Virus record (IMG/VR): IMGVR_UViG_3300049173_000078
Coordinates: 15,509-79,508 of that record
From: a virus
DNA: 64,000 nucleotides
Strand: one strand, 5' to 3'
The notes under the pieces are model-generated. The model saw nothing but the letters and a program-made list of their open reading frames with translations, did no database searches and had not been told where the DNA came from. Below are positions 26,352 through 35,663 of the stretch, one piece after another (positions within the stretch are counted from its first letter, which is position 1; every line of letters starts with the position of its first letter). Both the position numbers and the translations under genes were made by a program.

Positions 26352-26428
26352 AAGCTAAGTCGTCGTGTTGTGCCGTATCAACCCGTGACGTAGTCTGCTG
26401 CGCAGTGCTGCGCAGGAATGCGCAGTGA
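26352..26428. promoter_or_regulatory. Overlapping divergent int and xis promoters with three phased TGCGCAG 10-mers
   Basis: Minus strand TTGATA-N18-TAGCTT; plus strand TTGTGC-N17-TAGTCT; repeats at 26399, 26409 and 26419. Confidence 0.6.
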
Positions 26429-26460
26429 GTGCCAACCGAAGCCGTACGGGGAGCTGCGCC

Positions 26461-26712
26461 ATGACCCAAGACACGAGCACCGGATCCGGAACGCTGACCG
26501 TCGGCGACCTGCTCGCCCTCCCGGCGACCGTCGACGTCGAGACCGCCGGCCGCGCCTTCGGTATCGGCCGCACCACGGCCTACCAGCTCGCCCGGACCGG
26601 CAACTTCCCGTGCAGGGTCGTCCGGGCCGGCCGCGCCTTTCGCGTCGTCACGTCCGATCTCCGCCGTGTCCTCGGCGTCGAGCAGCCCGCCGAGCAGGCG
26701 CCCGCAGCCTGA
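26461..26712 (+). CDS. xis: Excisionase-like HTH protein
   Basis: VETAGRAFGIGRTTAYQLAR; divergent from int. Confidence 0.78.
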   Translation: MTQDTSTGSGTLTVGDLLALPATVDVETAGRAFGIGRTTAYQLARTGNFPCRVVRAGRAFRVVTSDLRRVLGVEQPAEQAPAA

Positions 26713-26800
26713 CGCCGCTCACAGACCACTGCCCATCCCCCCAACAGCGGGTCCGGCTTCCCCTCCCCCCTCCGGAAGCCGGGCCCGCTGCCTTACCGAC

Positions 26801-27115
26801 TCAAGGCCGGCGGAACACCTGCGTCGGCCTGAACGGCCGCTCCGGGGCGGGCGGCAGGGCGGAGAAGCGCGGAAGGGGAACACGCTCCGCCTCGTCCTGC
26901 GGGCCGGACTCCTGCGCACCCGTGGCGTGGTCCTCAACTACACCCGCCGGGATCCACTGGTGGCCGTCCCACTCCAGCATCCCGCGCGGGGCGTCCGGGT
27001 CGACGTGGCCGCCTCGTTCGGGACCCTCGCCGAGGGGGACGGCCTTACGGTCTCCGGGCGTCGGCCGGCGAGCCTCTCGGCGCGCGGCCCATTCCTCCAA
27101 CGGCTCGTCATCCAC
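26801..27115 (-). CDS. Conserved Streptomyces-type hypothetical protein (DUF6087-like)
   Basis: DEPLEEWAARREARR...HVDPDAPR..LEWDG; AAGGGAG RBS. Confidence 0.55.
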   Translation of the reverse strand: MDDEPLEEWAARREARRPTPGDRKAVPLGEGPERGGHVDPDAPRGMLEWDGHQWIPAGVVEDHATGAQESGPQDEAERVPLPRFSALPPAPERPFRPTQVFRRP

Positions 27116-27200
27116 GGGCGTCTCCTTCCCTGCTCGTCCTGCCAATCTGCCTGGCCCCGTGCTGTAGGCCGGACTTCTCACTCCGCCCGGCGCTCGGGGG

Positions 27201-27443
27201 TCAGCCCAGCACCTCAGCCCCGATCGCCACTCCGAGCATCACCAAGGTGCCGATGAGCAGCACGACGAACGCGCCCGCCCCAACAGCCATCCACGGACTC
27301 TGTCGGTACAGCACCCGCCACGCTTCCAGCCCCGTACGGCCGTCGGCCCACAAGCGCACGCCGAACACGCTCAAGTCCACCGACACGTACTGCGCGGGCT
27401 GGTCGTCCGCGCCGCCGGTCTTCTCCGACTGCTTGCTGATCAT
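27201..27443 (-). CDS. Small membrane protein
   Basis: C-terminal TM; AGGAG RBS; ATGA overlap. Confidence 0.55.
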   Translation of the reverse strand: MISKQSEKTGGADDQPAQYVSVDLSVFGVRLWADGRTGLEAWRVLYRQSPWMAVGAGAFVVLLIGTLVMLGVAIGAEVLG

Positions 27444-27892
27444 GAATAGATCTCCTCGTCGAAGCGAGCCATGGCCCGCTCGCTGTATCCGTAGAACCTG
27501 CCGCGTACGGCGTCGTCGTCGGTGTCCGGCGGGACATCGCCCCATTCGACGACATGACATGTGCTCTCGCACGTCGACCAACGCACGCGAACCGCGGGGA
27601 AGCCAGGGCGCCCGTCGAGCGCCTGAAGCAGGAGCGGAACGTCGACGGCGTCGCCGACCGGGATGTAGCCGCCGCGGCGCTGCCCGCCGACCGGCACCGC
27701 GAGATATCCGATCCGGCCGGCGACGACCACCACCACCCCGGCAGCGATCAACGACGGATCGGCCAGCCGCTCGCGGTACCAGGACGCTTCCCATTCGTCC
27801 CGCGCGTCGGGGGGACGCAGTTGAACGGGGCGGGCGATCGGGGCTTCTTGGTGTTCACGGCGGCCAATCCGCAGGGTGCTAGCTCTACCCAT
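27440..27892 (-). CDS. Hypothetical protein
   Basis: Globular-looking ORF; start uncertain. Confidence 0.5.
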   Translation of the reverse strand: MGRASTLRIGRREHQEAPIARPVQLRPPDARDEWEASWYRERLADPSLIAAGVVVVVAGRIGYLAVPVGGQRRGGYIPVGDAVDVPLLLQALDGRPGFPAVRVRWSTCESTCHVVEWGDVPPDTDDDAVRGRFYGYSERAMARFDEEIYS

Positions 27893-28151
27893 TCTTTCCG
27901 CCGAACTTCCGTTTGTTCTTTCGGCTCTTACCCCTACCGCCCCTGTTGAGCGTGGCACGCTCCGGAGGCTTGGTCGCCAAGTGCCAGGCGTGGCACCAAC
28001 GACATCTATATGAGTATTTGGGTGTCGATTCCGATGGCGGCCGCTTCAAAAATGTAGACGCCATATCAGAAAGCCAAATGGTGGCGTCCTCTTTGCTTCC
28101 AAATATGCGCTTTCCAGTCTGAGCGCAACGCGCGGGCCGCAGTTCAGTCAC
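27885..28151 (-). CDS. Small basic Zn-binding protein (Y.CxxCxxWHL)
   Basis: YRCRWCHAWHLAT; lower GC than the flanks. Confidence 0.62.
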   Translation of the reverse strand: MTELRPARCAQTGKRIFGSKEDATIWLSDMASTFLKRPPSESTPKYSYRCRWCHAWHLATKPPERATLNRGGRGKSRKNKRKFGGKNG

Positions 28152-28352
28152 GAGCGCGCCCGCCTCGCGCGTAGTTCGGTCATGATCTTCCCCTCTTGAA
28201 GTGGCCGCTCGCCGTCTTACTCTCAGATGACGCGGACCCCGGCTCATCCACCACGGGGGCAGCAGACGAACCGGGGCCGCACCCCCGGAGGCAGGATGCG
28301 CTTCGAGCCTCCGGGGGTCTCACGACCGGGCAGGACAATCCGGCCGCGAGTC

Positions 28353-28562
28353 TTACCCGACCAGCGACGTGACGTCGGCCGGTCGGTGGTCAAGGAAGTA
28401 CGCGGTTGCCTGCCGCATCAGCCGGTCAAGGCAGTCGCCGCACGCGTTGAACGGGGCATGCTGCCCGTCCCAGGTGACGGGGCCGAGCCACAGCACGAGC
28501 ACGCCTTCGCGCTCGCAGCCGAGCCAGCAGTCACCGATGAACCATTGCCGCGTCGCCGTCAC
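28353..28562 (-). CDS. Small Cys-containing hypothetical protein
   Basis: GDCWLGC...ACGDC. Confidence 0.62.
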   Translation of the reverse strand: MTATRQWFIGDCWLGCEREGVLVLWLGPVTWDGQHAPFNACGDCLDRLMRQATAYFLDHRPADVTSLVG

Positions 28563-29166
28563 CGGACGCCCCTCCCGACCCGGTCCCTGCGGGCGCCCCG
28601 GCGACGGCCATCAGTTCGCGGCGCTCGGCGGCGACGACCGTGCAACTGTCCGTGTGCCGGTAACCGCGGATGCCGCCGCTCGCCTCGGCCGCGAACGCCG
28701 TCTCTTCGAACCCTTCGCCGTACTCGATCGTCTGGCAGCATCCGCCGCAGATCTTCCGGCGGACGGCGCGCTCGATCTCGTCCTCGCCGGTCGGCTTGCC
28801 GAGCGGGCCCGGGTTCTCGACGAGCGTCAGGAGAGCGCGAGCGGCGATCGCGAGGTCATACGCCCATACCTCGCGCACCCCGCGCGGTCCGGGCCCCGGA
28901 TCCAGTGCGAGCGCCTGGTGCGCGCGGACCAGGCAGTGAACAGCCATCTGCCGCATACCGGAACGCATCCGTGCCGCGATCCCCATTGCTTCGGGGATCA
29001 GCACGCCGAGGTGCCCGGCGAGCGCCTCGCACGTCACGTCGAGCTGCTTACCCGCCGGCAGGCGAGGCACCCACAGAACGCCGTCGTACGCCTCGCGGAT
29101 CGTCTTCGAATCGATCGGCTTCTGCTCGCTCGTCGTCTCGGTGGCCTGCACCGTACTAGCGGCCAT
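28531..29166 (-). CDS. Hypothetical protein (DUF6415-like)
   Basis: PID..TIRE...L.GHL..LIPE pattern recalled from Streptomyces XRE cassettes. Confidence 0.55.
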   Translation of the reverse strand: MAASTVQATETTSEQKPIDSKTIREAYDGVLWVPRLPAGKQLDVTCEALAGHLGVLIPEAMGIAARMRSGMRQMAVHCLVRAHQALALDPGPGPRGVREVWAYDLAIAARALLTLVENPGPLGKPTGEDEIERAVRRKICGGCCQTIEYGEGFEETAFAAEASGGIRGYRHTDSCTVVAAERRELMAVAGAPAGTGSGGASGDGDAAMVHR

Positions 29167-29746
29167 CGTGCGCCTCCGCCGTCGCGAGCAGATCCCTGCC
29201 GTGGTTGACCAGATGCGACAGCGCTTCGACGGGGCACAGGTCGCCCGGCCCATCCATCGGCACAACCCAGTAGCTGAAGTGGTCGTCGGGCCTGGTGAAC
29301 GACGGACGCGGTACGCCGACGTACGAACCGAGGCCGAGGAACTCGGCGAACGGCGTGTACCGCTGATCGCGCCACTCTCTCCGGTTCCCCGCGCTCGGCG
29401 GCACGAGCGCGTAGTAGCAGGCGCGATGCCGGTCGACGAACACGGGCCCGCCGTGCAGCACTTCGGCGAGGAACCGCGCCGCGATGTCCGGGTCGTCGGA
29501 GCCGGCCGCCGCATGGACGAGCGCGGTGTCCATCCGGACCGCGCCGAACAGGGCGCCGCACCGCAGCAGCGCGATACCGCCCTGCTGCCACTCGCTTCGG
29601 GCCGTGTCCATGCCGCTGGGCGCCGACAGCAGGAGCCAGGACCGGACGCCTTGCTCGCGGTCCTGCCGCAGGTGCACGACCACGCCGCCGCCCTGTTCCG
29701 GCCCGGTCGTCACGTCGCCGTCGGTCGGGTCGTCGAAGCCGGTCAC
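29156..29746 (-). CDS. Hypothetical protein, possibly degenerate primase-polymerase-like
   Basis: GALFGAVRM, GGPVFVD...YYALVPP, YVGVP. Confidence 0.6.
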   Translation of the reverse strand: MTGFDDPTDGDVTTGPEQGGGVVVHLRQDREQGVRSWLLLSAPSGMDTARSEWQQGGIALLRCGALFGAVRMDTALVHAAAGSDDPDIAARFLAEVLHGGPVFVDRHRACYYALVPPSAGNRREWRDQRYTPFAEFLGLGSYVGVPRPSFTRPDDHFSYWVVPMDGPGDLCPVEALSHLVNHGRDLLATAEAHDGR

Positions 29747-30027
29747 CGGACCACCTCCGGCCGGCGGGTGAGCGTCGATTCCGCCGACGCGGCCAAGGCG
29801 GGGCGGAGCTGCGCGAGCAGCGTTTCACCCTCGACCCGCGCGAGGACGAGGTCGACGTCGCGAATGTGCTCGTCGACGCAGAACAGCGACAGCGGGATCC
29901 GGACCTCGCCGGTCGCGCCGTCGCTGTACGGCGCCGCGTCGCGTCGCGGCGACGCGTGCCATGGGGCGGAGGGGGGCGTGTCCACGGGTGACCTCCGGTC
30001 GGAGACGGACTGTGCAAGGTCCGTCAC
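29743..30027 (-). CDS. Hypothetical protein
   Basis: Coupled ORF; start uncertain. Confidence 0.5.
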   Translation of the reverse strand: MTDLAQSVSDRRSPVDTPPSAPWHASPRRDAAPYSDGATGEVRIPLSLFCVDEHIRDVDLVLARVEGETLLAQLRPALAASAESTLTRRPEVVR

Positions 30028-30087
30028 CGTAGGAGATCTACCGGGCGGTAATGGGGACAGGCTGTCCCCCTGTCCCAGCTCGTCCCA

Positions 30088-31323
30088 CTACCCGGCGGCG
30101 CTGACCCCCACCATTTCAGCCAGTGTCGCCGCTTGTGGCCTGAGCGCGCGCGGCGCCTTACGCCACAGGTCAGCGGTCACGGCCCGCGCCGACGGCGTGA
30201 ACCGCACCGTCTCGGCACCCGTTTCGTACGCGATCTGCATGACCATGAGCGCGGCCGTACGGTCACCGCGCTGGAGGTGCCCGCGAGCGACCTCGACCCA
30301 CAGCCTGGCCTTGCGTTCTGTGGACGGCATCGTGTCGGGGTCGATCTCGTCGGCGAGCCCGAGCGCCTTCTGTGCCTTCTTCAGATCGGTGTGCACCGAC
30401 ACCTGGTGGAAGTCGACGTTAGCTCGGCCGAAAACCGTCGACGGATGTACGTACGAAACGGGGAGCGACTTCGCTACTTGGTTCCCTTTCTCCCAGTACC
30501 GCCAGGCGTCACCGTCGGCGCCGTCACGAGCATGCGTCACGGCCGCGTGGAGCTGGAGAGCGCCGTATATGCCGCGCCAGTCGTCGGGCCCCGACTCCAG
30601 ATGGGGGCGGATCAAGTCGCTCGCGTCGAGCACGACCCGAAGCGCCTCCTCGGGGTACGACGTCTCGCGCAGGATGTTGCCCATGTTCCAGGCCGCCGCG
30701 GCGATCGCTGCCGGGTTGTCGGCGTCCTGCGCGGCCGTCAGCGCCCGGTCGGCGACCACCCACGCCAGTTCAGCCGGCGCGATGTACGCCGTCGCCTGGC
30801 CGGTCAGCCGGTACACGTCCGACAGCGCCACCCGCGCGGCCCGCCGCTGGTCGCCGTCGAGGACGCGAACCGCGGTCTCGGCGTCGCTGATCAGGTCGGG
30901 CAGCAGCGCGCACACCTCGGTGCGGTTGTGCTCGGAGGTGTGCCACAGCTTCCACGACTGGTCGACGCGCCCCTGTAGCTTCGCCGGGTCCGGCGGTGCC
31001 GCTGGTCGGCCGAGCACGAGAGGTCGCGTCATGACGGCGGCCCAGATGTTCGGCAGACCGGGATGGTTCAGCCGGCCCGTCGGCACCCGTGCCGCGACGT
31101 CCGAGGCGCTGCCGGTGATGACGGACAGGTCCGACACGGCGAGCGCCGCGGCGAGTTTCAGCAGGAGCGAGTGCGAATTGAGTTCACGTTCGCCTGATTC
31201 GATCTTCTTCAGCCAGTCCGGGCCACGGCCGCACATACCGGCGAGGATCGGGCGGGACATGCCGCGCGACTCCCTCAAGGCCCGGATGCGCTCGCCCATG
31301 CTGAGTTCTTCGGGGATATCCAC
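30088..31323 (-). CDS. XRE-family HTH regulator with TPR-like helical C-terminus
   Basis: GERIRALRESRGMSR..LA...WLKKIESGER followed by about 330 aa of helical repeats. Confidence 0.85.
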   Translation of the reverse strand: MDIPEELSMGERIRALRESRGMSRPILAGMCGRGPDWLKKIESGERELNSHSLLLKLAAALAVSDLSVITGSASDVAARVPTGRLNHPGLPNIWAAVMTRPLVLGRPAAPPDPAKLQGRVDQSWKLWHTSEHNRTEVCALLPDLISDAETAVRVLDGDQRRAARVALSDVYRLTGQATAYIAPAELAWVVADRALTAAQDADNPAAIAAAAWNMGNILRETSYPEEALRVVLDASDLIRPHLESGPDDWRGIYGALQLHAAVTHARDGADGDAWRYWEKGNQVAKSLPVSYVHPSTVFGRANVDFHQVSVHTDLKKAQKALGLADEIDPDTMPSTERKARLWVEVARGHLQRGDRTAALMVMQIAYETGAETVRFTPSARAVTADLWRKAPRALRPQAATLAEMVGVSAAG

Positions 31324-31461
31324 GCTGCGCCCCTCACGTCCACGATGAGCCTTCCCCGCCAATGTACGGGCGGACCGGCCACCACGGGCAGGGGTCCTTT
31401 CTTCCGGTCAACCTCCGGGCAAGCCGCACCCGTTGTCAGGGGGTCCTCGTATCGTGGGGTC

Positions 31462-31635
31462 GTGTCCCCCTCGACCTGCCCGAACGGGTCTTGCTGCCCT
31501 GCCCCGGAAGACGTCAACGACCTCATTCGCCGGCTCATGGACGAGCCGGCCACTCCGGAACGCGCCGAGCGGTACCGGAGGCTGCTCGCGAAGTGGGCTG
31601 CCGTCACGCGCGTCGATGTCGAACCGGCCGCTTGA
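31462..31635 (+). CDS. Small protein divergent from the XRE gene
   Basis: VNDLIRRLM...YRRLLAKWAA; GTG start; hairpin follows. Confidence 0.5.
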   Translation: MSPSTCPNGSCCPAPEDVNDLIRRLMDEPATPERAERYRRLLAKWAAVTRVDVEPAA

Positions 31636-31754
31636 AACGCCGCGCCCCCGCCTGGTCATCAGAGCGGGGGCGTGCGTTTCACCCGTAGCAGCAACCAACT
31701 GCATGTGGACACGAGCACGGTAACCAGGGGCACGGACAGGCCTGACGGGCGCCC

Positions 31755-32156
31755 TCAGCGCTCGGGGTGAGCCTGCTCGAAGTGGTCGACGATCGCGGCT
31801 TCGACGCGCGCCCGGAACGCCTCGGCGCGGGCGTCGGCCTGCGCCGTGAGCGTCTCCTCGAACCGGTCCGGGTCGAGCGGCAGGACGAGCGGCTCCAAGG
31901 CCGCGTCACGGCCCGGGTTCTCGTCGTGATGCCAGTCGCAGCCGAGCGGGCACCCGAAGCGCATGGTGCCCCCGAGCAGGCCCCGCGCGTCGTCGGGGTA
32001 CGTCGGCATGGGGATGATGCTCGGCTCGGGCCAGGGCGCCGTCTCGGCCGCCCGGCGGGCCTCTTGCAGCTCGGCGTACATCTGGGCCGGCGTCTGCTGC
32101 GGCAGGCGCGCGAGCACGGCGTCGAGGTCGTCGGGTGCGTCCATGCCGGTCAGCAT
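31755..32156 (-). CDS. Hypothetical protein
   Basis: 133 aa ORF, CPLGC.WHH. Confidence 0.65.
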   Translation of the reverse strand: MLTGMDAPDDLDAVLARLPQQTPAQMYAELQEARRAAETAPWPEPSIIPMPTYPDDARGLLGGTMRFGCPLGCDWHHDENPGRDAALEPLVLPLDPDRFEETLTAQADARAEAFRARVEAAIVDHFEQAHPER

Positions 32157-32160
32157 GGCA

Positions 32161-32197
32161 GAGCCCCACCCCTCGGAGCGGTTGAGGGGCGGGGCTC
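32161..32197 (-). terminator. Hairpin after the lysis cassette
   Basis: 14-bp stem with one G.U pair on the minus strand. Confidence 0.7.
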
Positions 32198-32212
32198 AGT
32201 CTCTGGGCCGAC

Positions 32213-32896
32213 TTACGCGTACTGCCGTCGAAACGGGCTGAGCCCCCATGTCTGCGGTTCCGTCGCGGGGTCGTCGGGCTGCGGTTCGGTCGGCTGGCAG
32301 TCGTAGCGCGGGGCGTTCGTATCGAAGTCCGTGACGGGCGTGCATCGGTAAGTCTCGCCCTTGTATGTGAACGTCCACTCGGCGGGCGGCCTGCCGTCTT
32401 CGCCGTCGGTTCCGTCGCGGCCGGCTGGTCCCGCCGACCCTTGAGGTCCTGGTGCCCCTGTCGGGCCTGGCGGACCGGCGACGGTGGAATCTGCGCCCGC
32501 TGCTCCGGACGGGCCCGGCACTGTCGAGTCGGCGCCGTCCTCACCGTTTTTGCCTGCCGGACCGGCGGGTCCGGACGGGCCCGGCGACGGCGTGATCGTG
32601 GGGGCCGCTTTCCCCGGCTCGCCTGAGGGCCCGCGCTCACCCTGCGGACCAGCCGAGCCGACACCGCTCTGGCCGGGCTCTCCGCGTGATCCAGGAGGCC
32701 CAGCGACGGGCTTTCCGCCGAGTTGCTCCACCTGCGTCGCGAGCAGATCACGGGCCTGGTTCGCATCCCGCAGGTCGTGGGACATCGTGATGACCTGCAC
32801 GGAGAGCCAGCCCAGGAGCAGCAGAGCCCCGGCGCCGGTGAGCCCGATCAGCCACTCGGCGCGCGGCAGCCGGAACTTCTTGAGGACGCCGGTCAC
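32213..32896 (-). CDS. Membrane-anchored collagen-like protein
   Basis: N-terminal TM, coiled coil, Gly-X-Y repeats, C-terminal C...C. Confidence 0.8.
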   Translation of the reverse strand: MTGVLKKFRLPRAEWLIGLTGAGALLLLGWLSVQVITMSHDLRDANQARDLLATQVEQLGGKPVAGPPGSRGEPGQSGVGSAGPQGERGPSGEPGKAAPTITPSPGPSGPAGPAGKNGEDGADSTVPGPSGAAGADSTVAGPPGPTGAPGPQGSAGPAGRDGTDGEDGRPPAEWTFTYKGETYRCTPVTDFDTNAPRYDCQPTEPQPDDPATEPQTWGLSPFRRQYA

Positions 32897-33243
32897 TTGG
32901 ACACCACCGCCCAGACCGAGATCGCCGCCGCGAGCAATCCCATGAGGACCGGCACGATCGCCTGGTACAGGCGGGCCTGCCGCTCCCTCTCGCGCCGGTC
33001 CCGTTCAGCCAGCTGATACTTCTCGAACGCGTCTTCTACGGCTTCCCTCGCGCTGATCTCCTTCTGCAGTTCCTGCGAGAGAGAGGTGATGCGCTGGTCG
33101 GTGTGAGCCGACTGCAAGGTGTACACCTCAGCCGACACCAGCCGATCGAGACGGCGATTCAGCGCCGCCATCCCGTCGCGGAACTCGTCACGCATGGCGT
33201 CCACCGTGCGGCCGAGTTCCCCGACGCTCAGGTCATCGGGCAC
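32893..33243 (-). CDS. Coiled-coil protein with C-terminal TM (lysis cassette)
   Basis: Heptad-like region followed by a hydrophobic tail. Confidence 0.7.
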   Translation of the reverse strand: MPDDLSVGELGRTVDAMRDEFRDGMAALNRRLDRLVSAEVYTLQSAHTDQRITSLSQELQKEISAREAVEDAFEKYQLAERDRRERERQARLYQAIVPVLMGLLAAAISVWAVVSK

Positions 33244-33289
33244 GCCGGCCGCCGAACTTGGGGAGCGGCCTGGAACCCGTTGCGGGTGC

Positions 33290-33583
33290 TCATGTGCGGC
33301 TCTGGCGGATCAGGTCGGCGACGTCGTCCGTCGGCTTGTAGTGCGGCGGTCGGGCGTACCCGAGCAGCGCGCCGACAGCGCCCCTGAGCCAGGCAGGGCC
33401 GCCGAACTTCTCGGCGGCTCGCTCGACGAGCCGGAACACGACGTAGTACGTGCCCGCGGCGGCGAGCGTCACGGCCGCCTGCGCGGTGTTGCTGTTGAGC
33501 GAGAAGCCGAGGCTGGTCAGGGCGACGATGATCCAACCGGCGACGAGCGGCACGACGGTGCGGAGTATGGAGGGGAACAGCAC
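33290..33583 (-). CDS. Putative holin
   Basis: LRTVVPLVAGW, two TMs, immediately after the endolysin. Confidence 0.65.
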   Translation of the reverse strand: MLFPSILRTVVPLVAGWIIVALTSLGFSLNSNTAQAAVTLAAAGTYYVVFRLVERAAEKFGGPAWLRGAVGALLGYARPPHYKPTDDVADLIRQSRT

Positions 33584-33584
33584 G

Positions 33585-34562
33585 TCAGGACTCCTTGAAG
33601 ACGAGCGCCGTCAGGACGGCGCTGGTGACGGTGACGGGCGCGTTCGACTGATTCAGCAGCCGCACGCGCATGCCGCGTCCGGCTCCGATCCGCTTGACGA
33701 GCGGCACCACCGCGAACGAGCCGCCCGGCGTGCCGATCACCTCGTGAATCGGGTGGTCGGCCTTGAGGGTGTCGCCCTCGTACTCGCTCATGCGGACTTG
33801 CACGACGTCGCCCACGGCCAAGCCGTCGAGGACCAGGCTGACGCTGCCCGCGAAGCGAGCAGCGCCCCGGACGAACACGCTGCCGTTCGTGCCGTGGTCG
33901 CCTTCCTCGTCGTTCCACTCCTTGGTGTACTCGATCGAGTCCCAGGCGCCGGGCTTGAGCGCGAAGGGCTTCGCAAGGCCGAGGTTCACGTATCCGGGCA
34001 TGTCGGTGTCGTCCTCCTTGGGGGGCTGCGTCTGGCCGTTGGCGCGCGCGACGATCCCCGGGAAAACGACCTCGCGGAACTGCCGCACGCGGGCGTCGCC
34101 GGGGCACGAGTGAGCGTCGGGGTTCCACGCCGAGAACATCCGGTGATAGCCGTAGCCCGGATCGTCAGCGGACCGGCACAAGCGCAGCGGGATGCCGTGC
34201 TCCTGGTGGAGCCAGACGCCGAGCCGGATCAGCGTCTCGACCTGCTCGGCGGTCCACGGGTCCGACGCCTGGAGGTTCGACGCCGATTCCAGGGAGACGG
34301 CGCCCGTGCCGTCGGAGCGCCGGTTTGCTGCGGCGTTCGCGTCCGCCCGGGTCTGGGTGCCGATGTACTGCGCGAGCGACCCGTCATAGCCGAGCCCGAA
34401 GTGCGATTCGAGGTTCGTCGAGTCGCGCCAGAACTCGTAAGTCCGCTCGGGCGTCCACGGCGCAACGATGCTGTGCACGATGAACTGCGTCGGCCGGATT
34501 GCCGCTTGCGCGTCGCTCTCGGGCTGGAGTTCCATCTTCTTCGCGAACGGACACCAGGACAT
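33585..34562 (-). CDS. Endolysin, N-acetylmuramoyl-L-alanine amidase (Amidase_2-type)
   Basis: IVHSIV, ESHF, SLES, HRMF...SCPG Zn-amidase motifs. Confidence 0.9.
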   Translation of the reverse strand: MSWCPFAKKMELQPESDAQAAIRPTQFIVHSIVAPWTPERTYEFWRDSTNLESHFGLGYDGSLAQYIGTQTRADANAAANRRSDGTGAVSLESASNLQASDPWTAEQVETLIRLGVWLHQEHGIPLRLCRSADDPGYGYHRMFSAWNPDAHSCPGDARVRQFREVVFPGIVARANGQTQPPKEDDTDMPGYVNLGLAKPFALKPGAWDSIEYTKEWNDEEGDHGTNGSVFVRGAARFAGSVSLVLDGLAVGDVVQVRMSEYEGDTLKADHPIHEVIGTPGGSFAVVPLVKRIGAGRGMRVRLLNQSNAPVTVTSAVLTALVFKES

Positions 34563-34852
34563 CAGGCGGTCACCTCGTCCGACGGCGTGTAGCCGGACAG
34601 CGTCGCCGCTACCGCAGGGGCGAAGCCGGCCGCGATCAGCGCGTCGTATGCGTCTTTCCGCTGTGCCGTCTCCCCCGCCACGACGGCCGCGTCACGCTCG
34701 GCGGCCGCCGCTTCGAGCGCCTCCTTTTTCGCGGCGTACTCGGCCGCCGTCAGCAGCGTCGCGCCCTCCGGGAGAACCGGGTCAGCCGCAGTCGTGACGC
34801 GCTCCGTGAGCGAACCGTCCGAAGACTCGTAGTAAAGCGTCTGTGTTGCCAT
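34562..34852 (-). CDS. Tail-fibre chaperone-like protein, paralog A
   Basis: YY...DG, L...EY, AY.AL.A....A..LSGYTP shared with 35664..35993. Confidence 0.55.
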   Translation of the reverse strand: MATQTLYYESSDGSLTERVTTAADPVLPEGATLLTAAEYAAKKEALEAAAAERDAAVVAGETAQRKDAYDALIAAGFAPAVAATLSGYTPSDEVTA

Positions 34853-34865
34853 GACCAGAGCCCCG

Positions 34866-35567
34866 TCAGTTGAAGTTGTTGGACCAGGACCAGGCCCGGA
34901 TGGACTTCTGGATGCGGGTCAGCGTCGCGCCCCCGGTGCCGCGGCTGAGGTTGACCTGCATGGTGATCGTGCGCGTCTCGCCCGGGTTGAGCGTGAACAC
35001 CGAGAGCTTGTTCGTCTGCACGTGAGTGCTGATGATCGTTCCGCTGCCCTGGTTGCCGAGATAGCTCATGTCGTCGCCGTCGATACCGGCGCTGGCCCCC
35101 GAGTTCGGCGGCAGCGTGAACTCCAGGTCGATCTCTCGGAAAAGCAGCCCGATCGCTCGTCGGCACTGGTCCGGGTTGGTGACGTCGACGGAGATCGAAT
35201 CGACCACCACGGACGGCCCGCTCGGCACCACCATGGGAGTGCCCAGAGCCGTGTTTTCCTGGTTGCCTTGGAAGTCGGCCCAGTACGCCGGGTCGGCGTG
35301 CAACTCCCCCGTGGCCGGGTCGCAGTACACGCCGCTGCCGTTGGCCGCGATGTCGCACGCGAACGGCCACGGCTGCCCGTTGACGGCGAGCGGGGAAGCG
35401 GCTGCGCCGGTACCCGTCAGACCGCAGCCGGTGATGACGTTCGCGGGTGGGGCCGTCGCGTCGATGACGTACGGGTTGCCGGTGGAGCCCGCCCCCGTGA
35501 CGGTGGTGTTGGCGCCGGCGGTGATCACGCAGTTGCACTGCGCGCCGCCGCACTTGCACGAAGCCAT
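34866..35567 (-). CDS. Tail fibre or minor tail protein, paralog A
   Basis: MASCKCGG.CNC, TVTGAGST.NPYV; paralog of 36008..36859. Confidence 0.6.
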   Translation of the reverse strand: MASCKCGGAQCNCVITAGANTTVTGAGSTGNPYVIDATAPPANVITGCGLTGTGAAASPLAVNGQPWPFACDIAANGSGVYCDPATGELHADPAYWADFQGNQENTALGTPMVVPSGPSVVVDSISVDVTNPDQCRRAIGLLFREIDLEFTLPPNSGASAGIDGDDMSYLGNQGSGTIISTHVQTNKLSVFTLNPGETRTITMQVNLSRGTGGATLTRIQKSIRAWSWSNNFN

Positions 35568-35595
35568 GTTCCCTCCGAAGGAGTGGAATCCGGCT

Positions 35596-35626
35596 CGGCC
35601 CAAAACCAGCAGCGGCCCCCAGTTTA
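35596..35626 (-). promoter_or_regulatory. Late promoter element, copy 1
   Basis: TAAACT then GCTGGTTTTGGGCCG. Confidence 0.6.
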
Positions 35627-35663
35627 GGGCCCGGCGATCACGCGCCCGGAGCCCTTGCGGACG

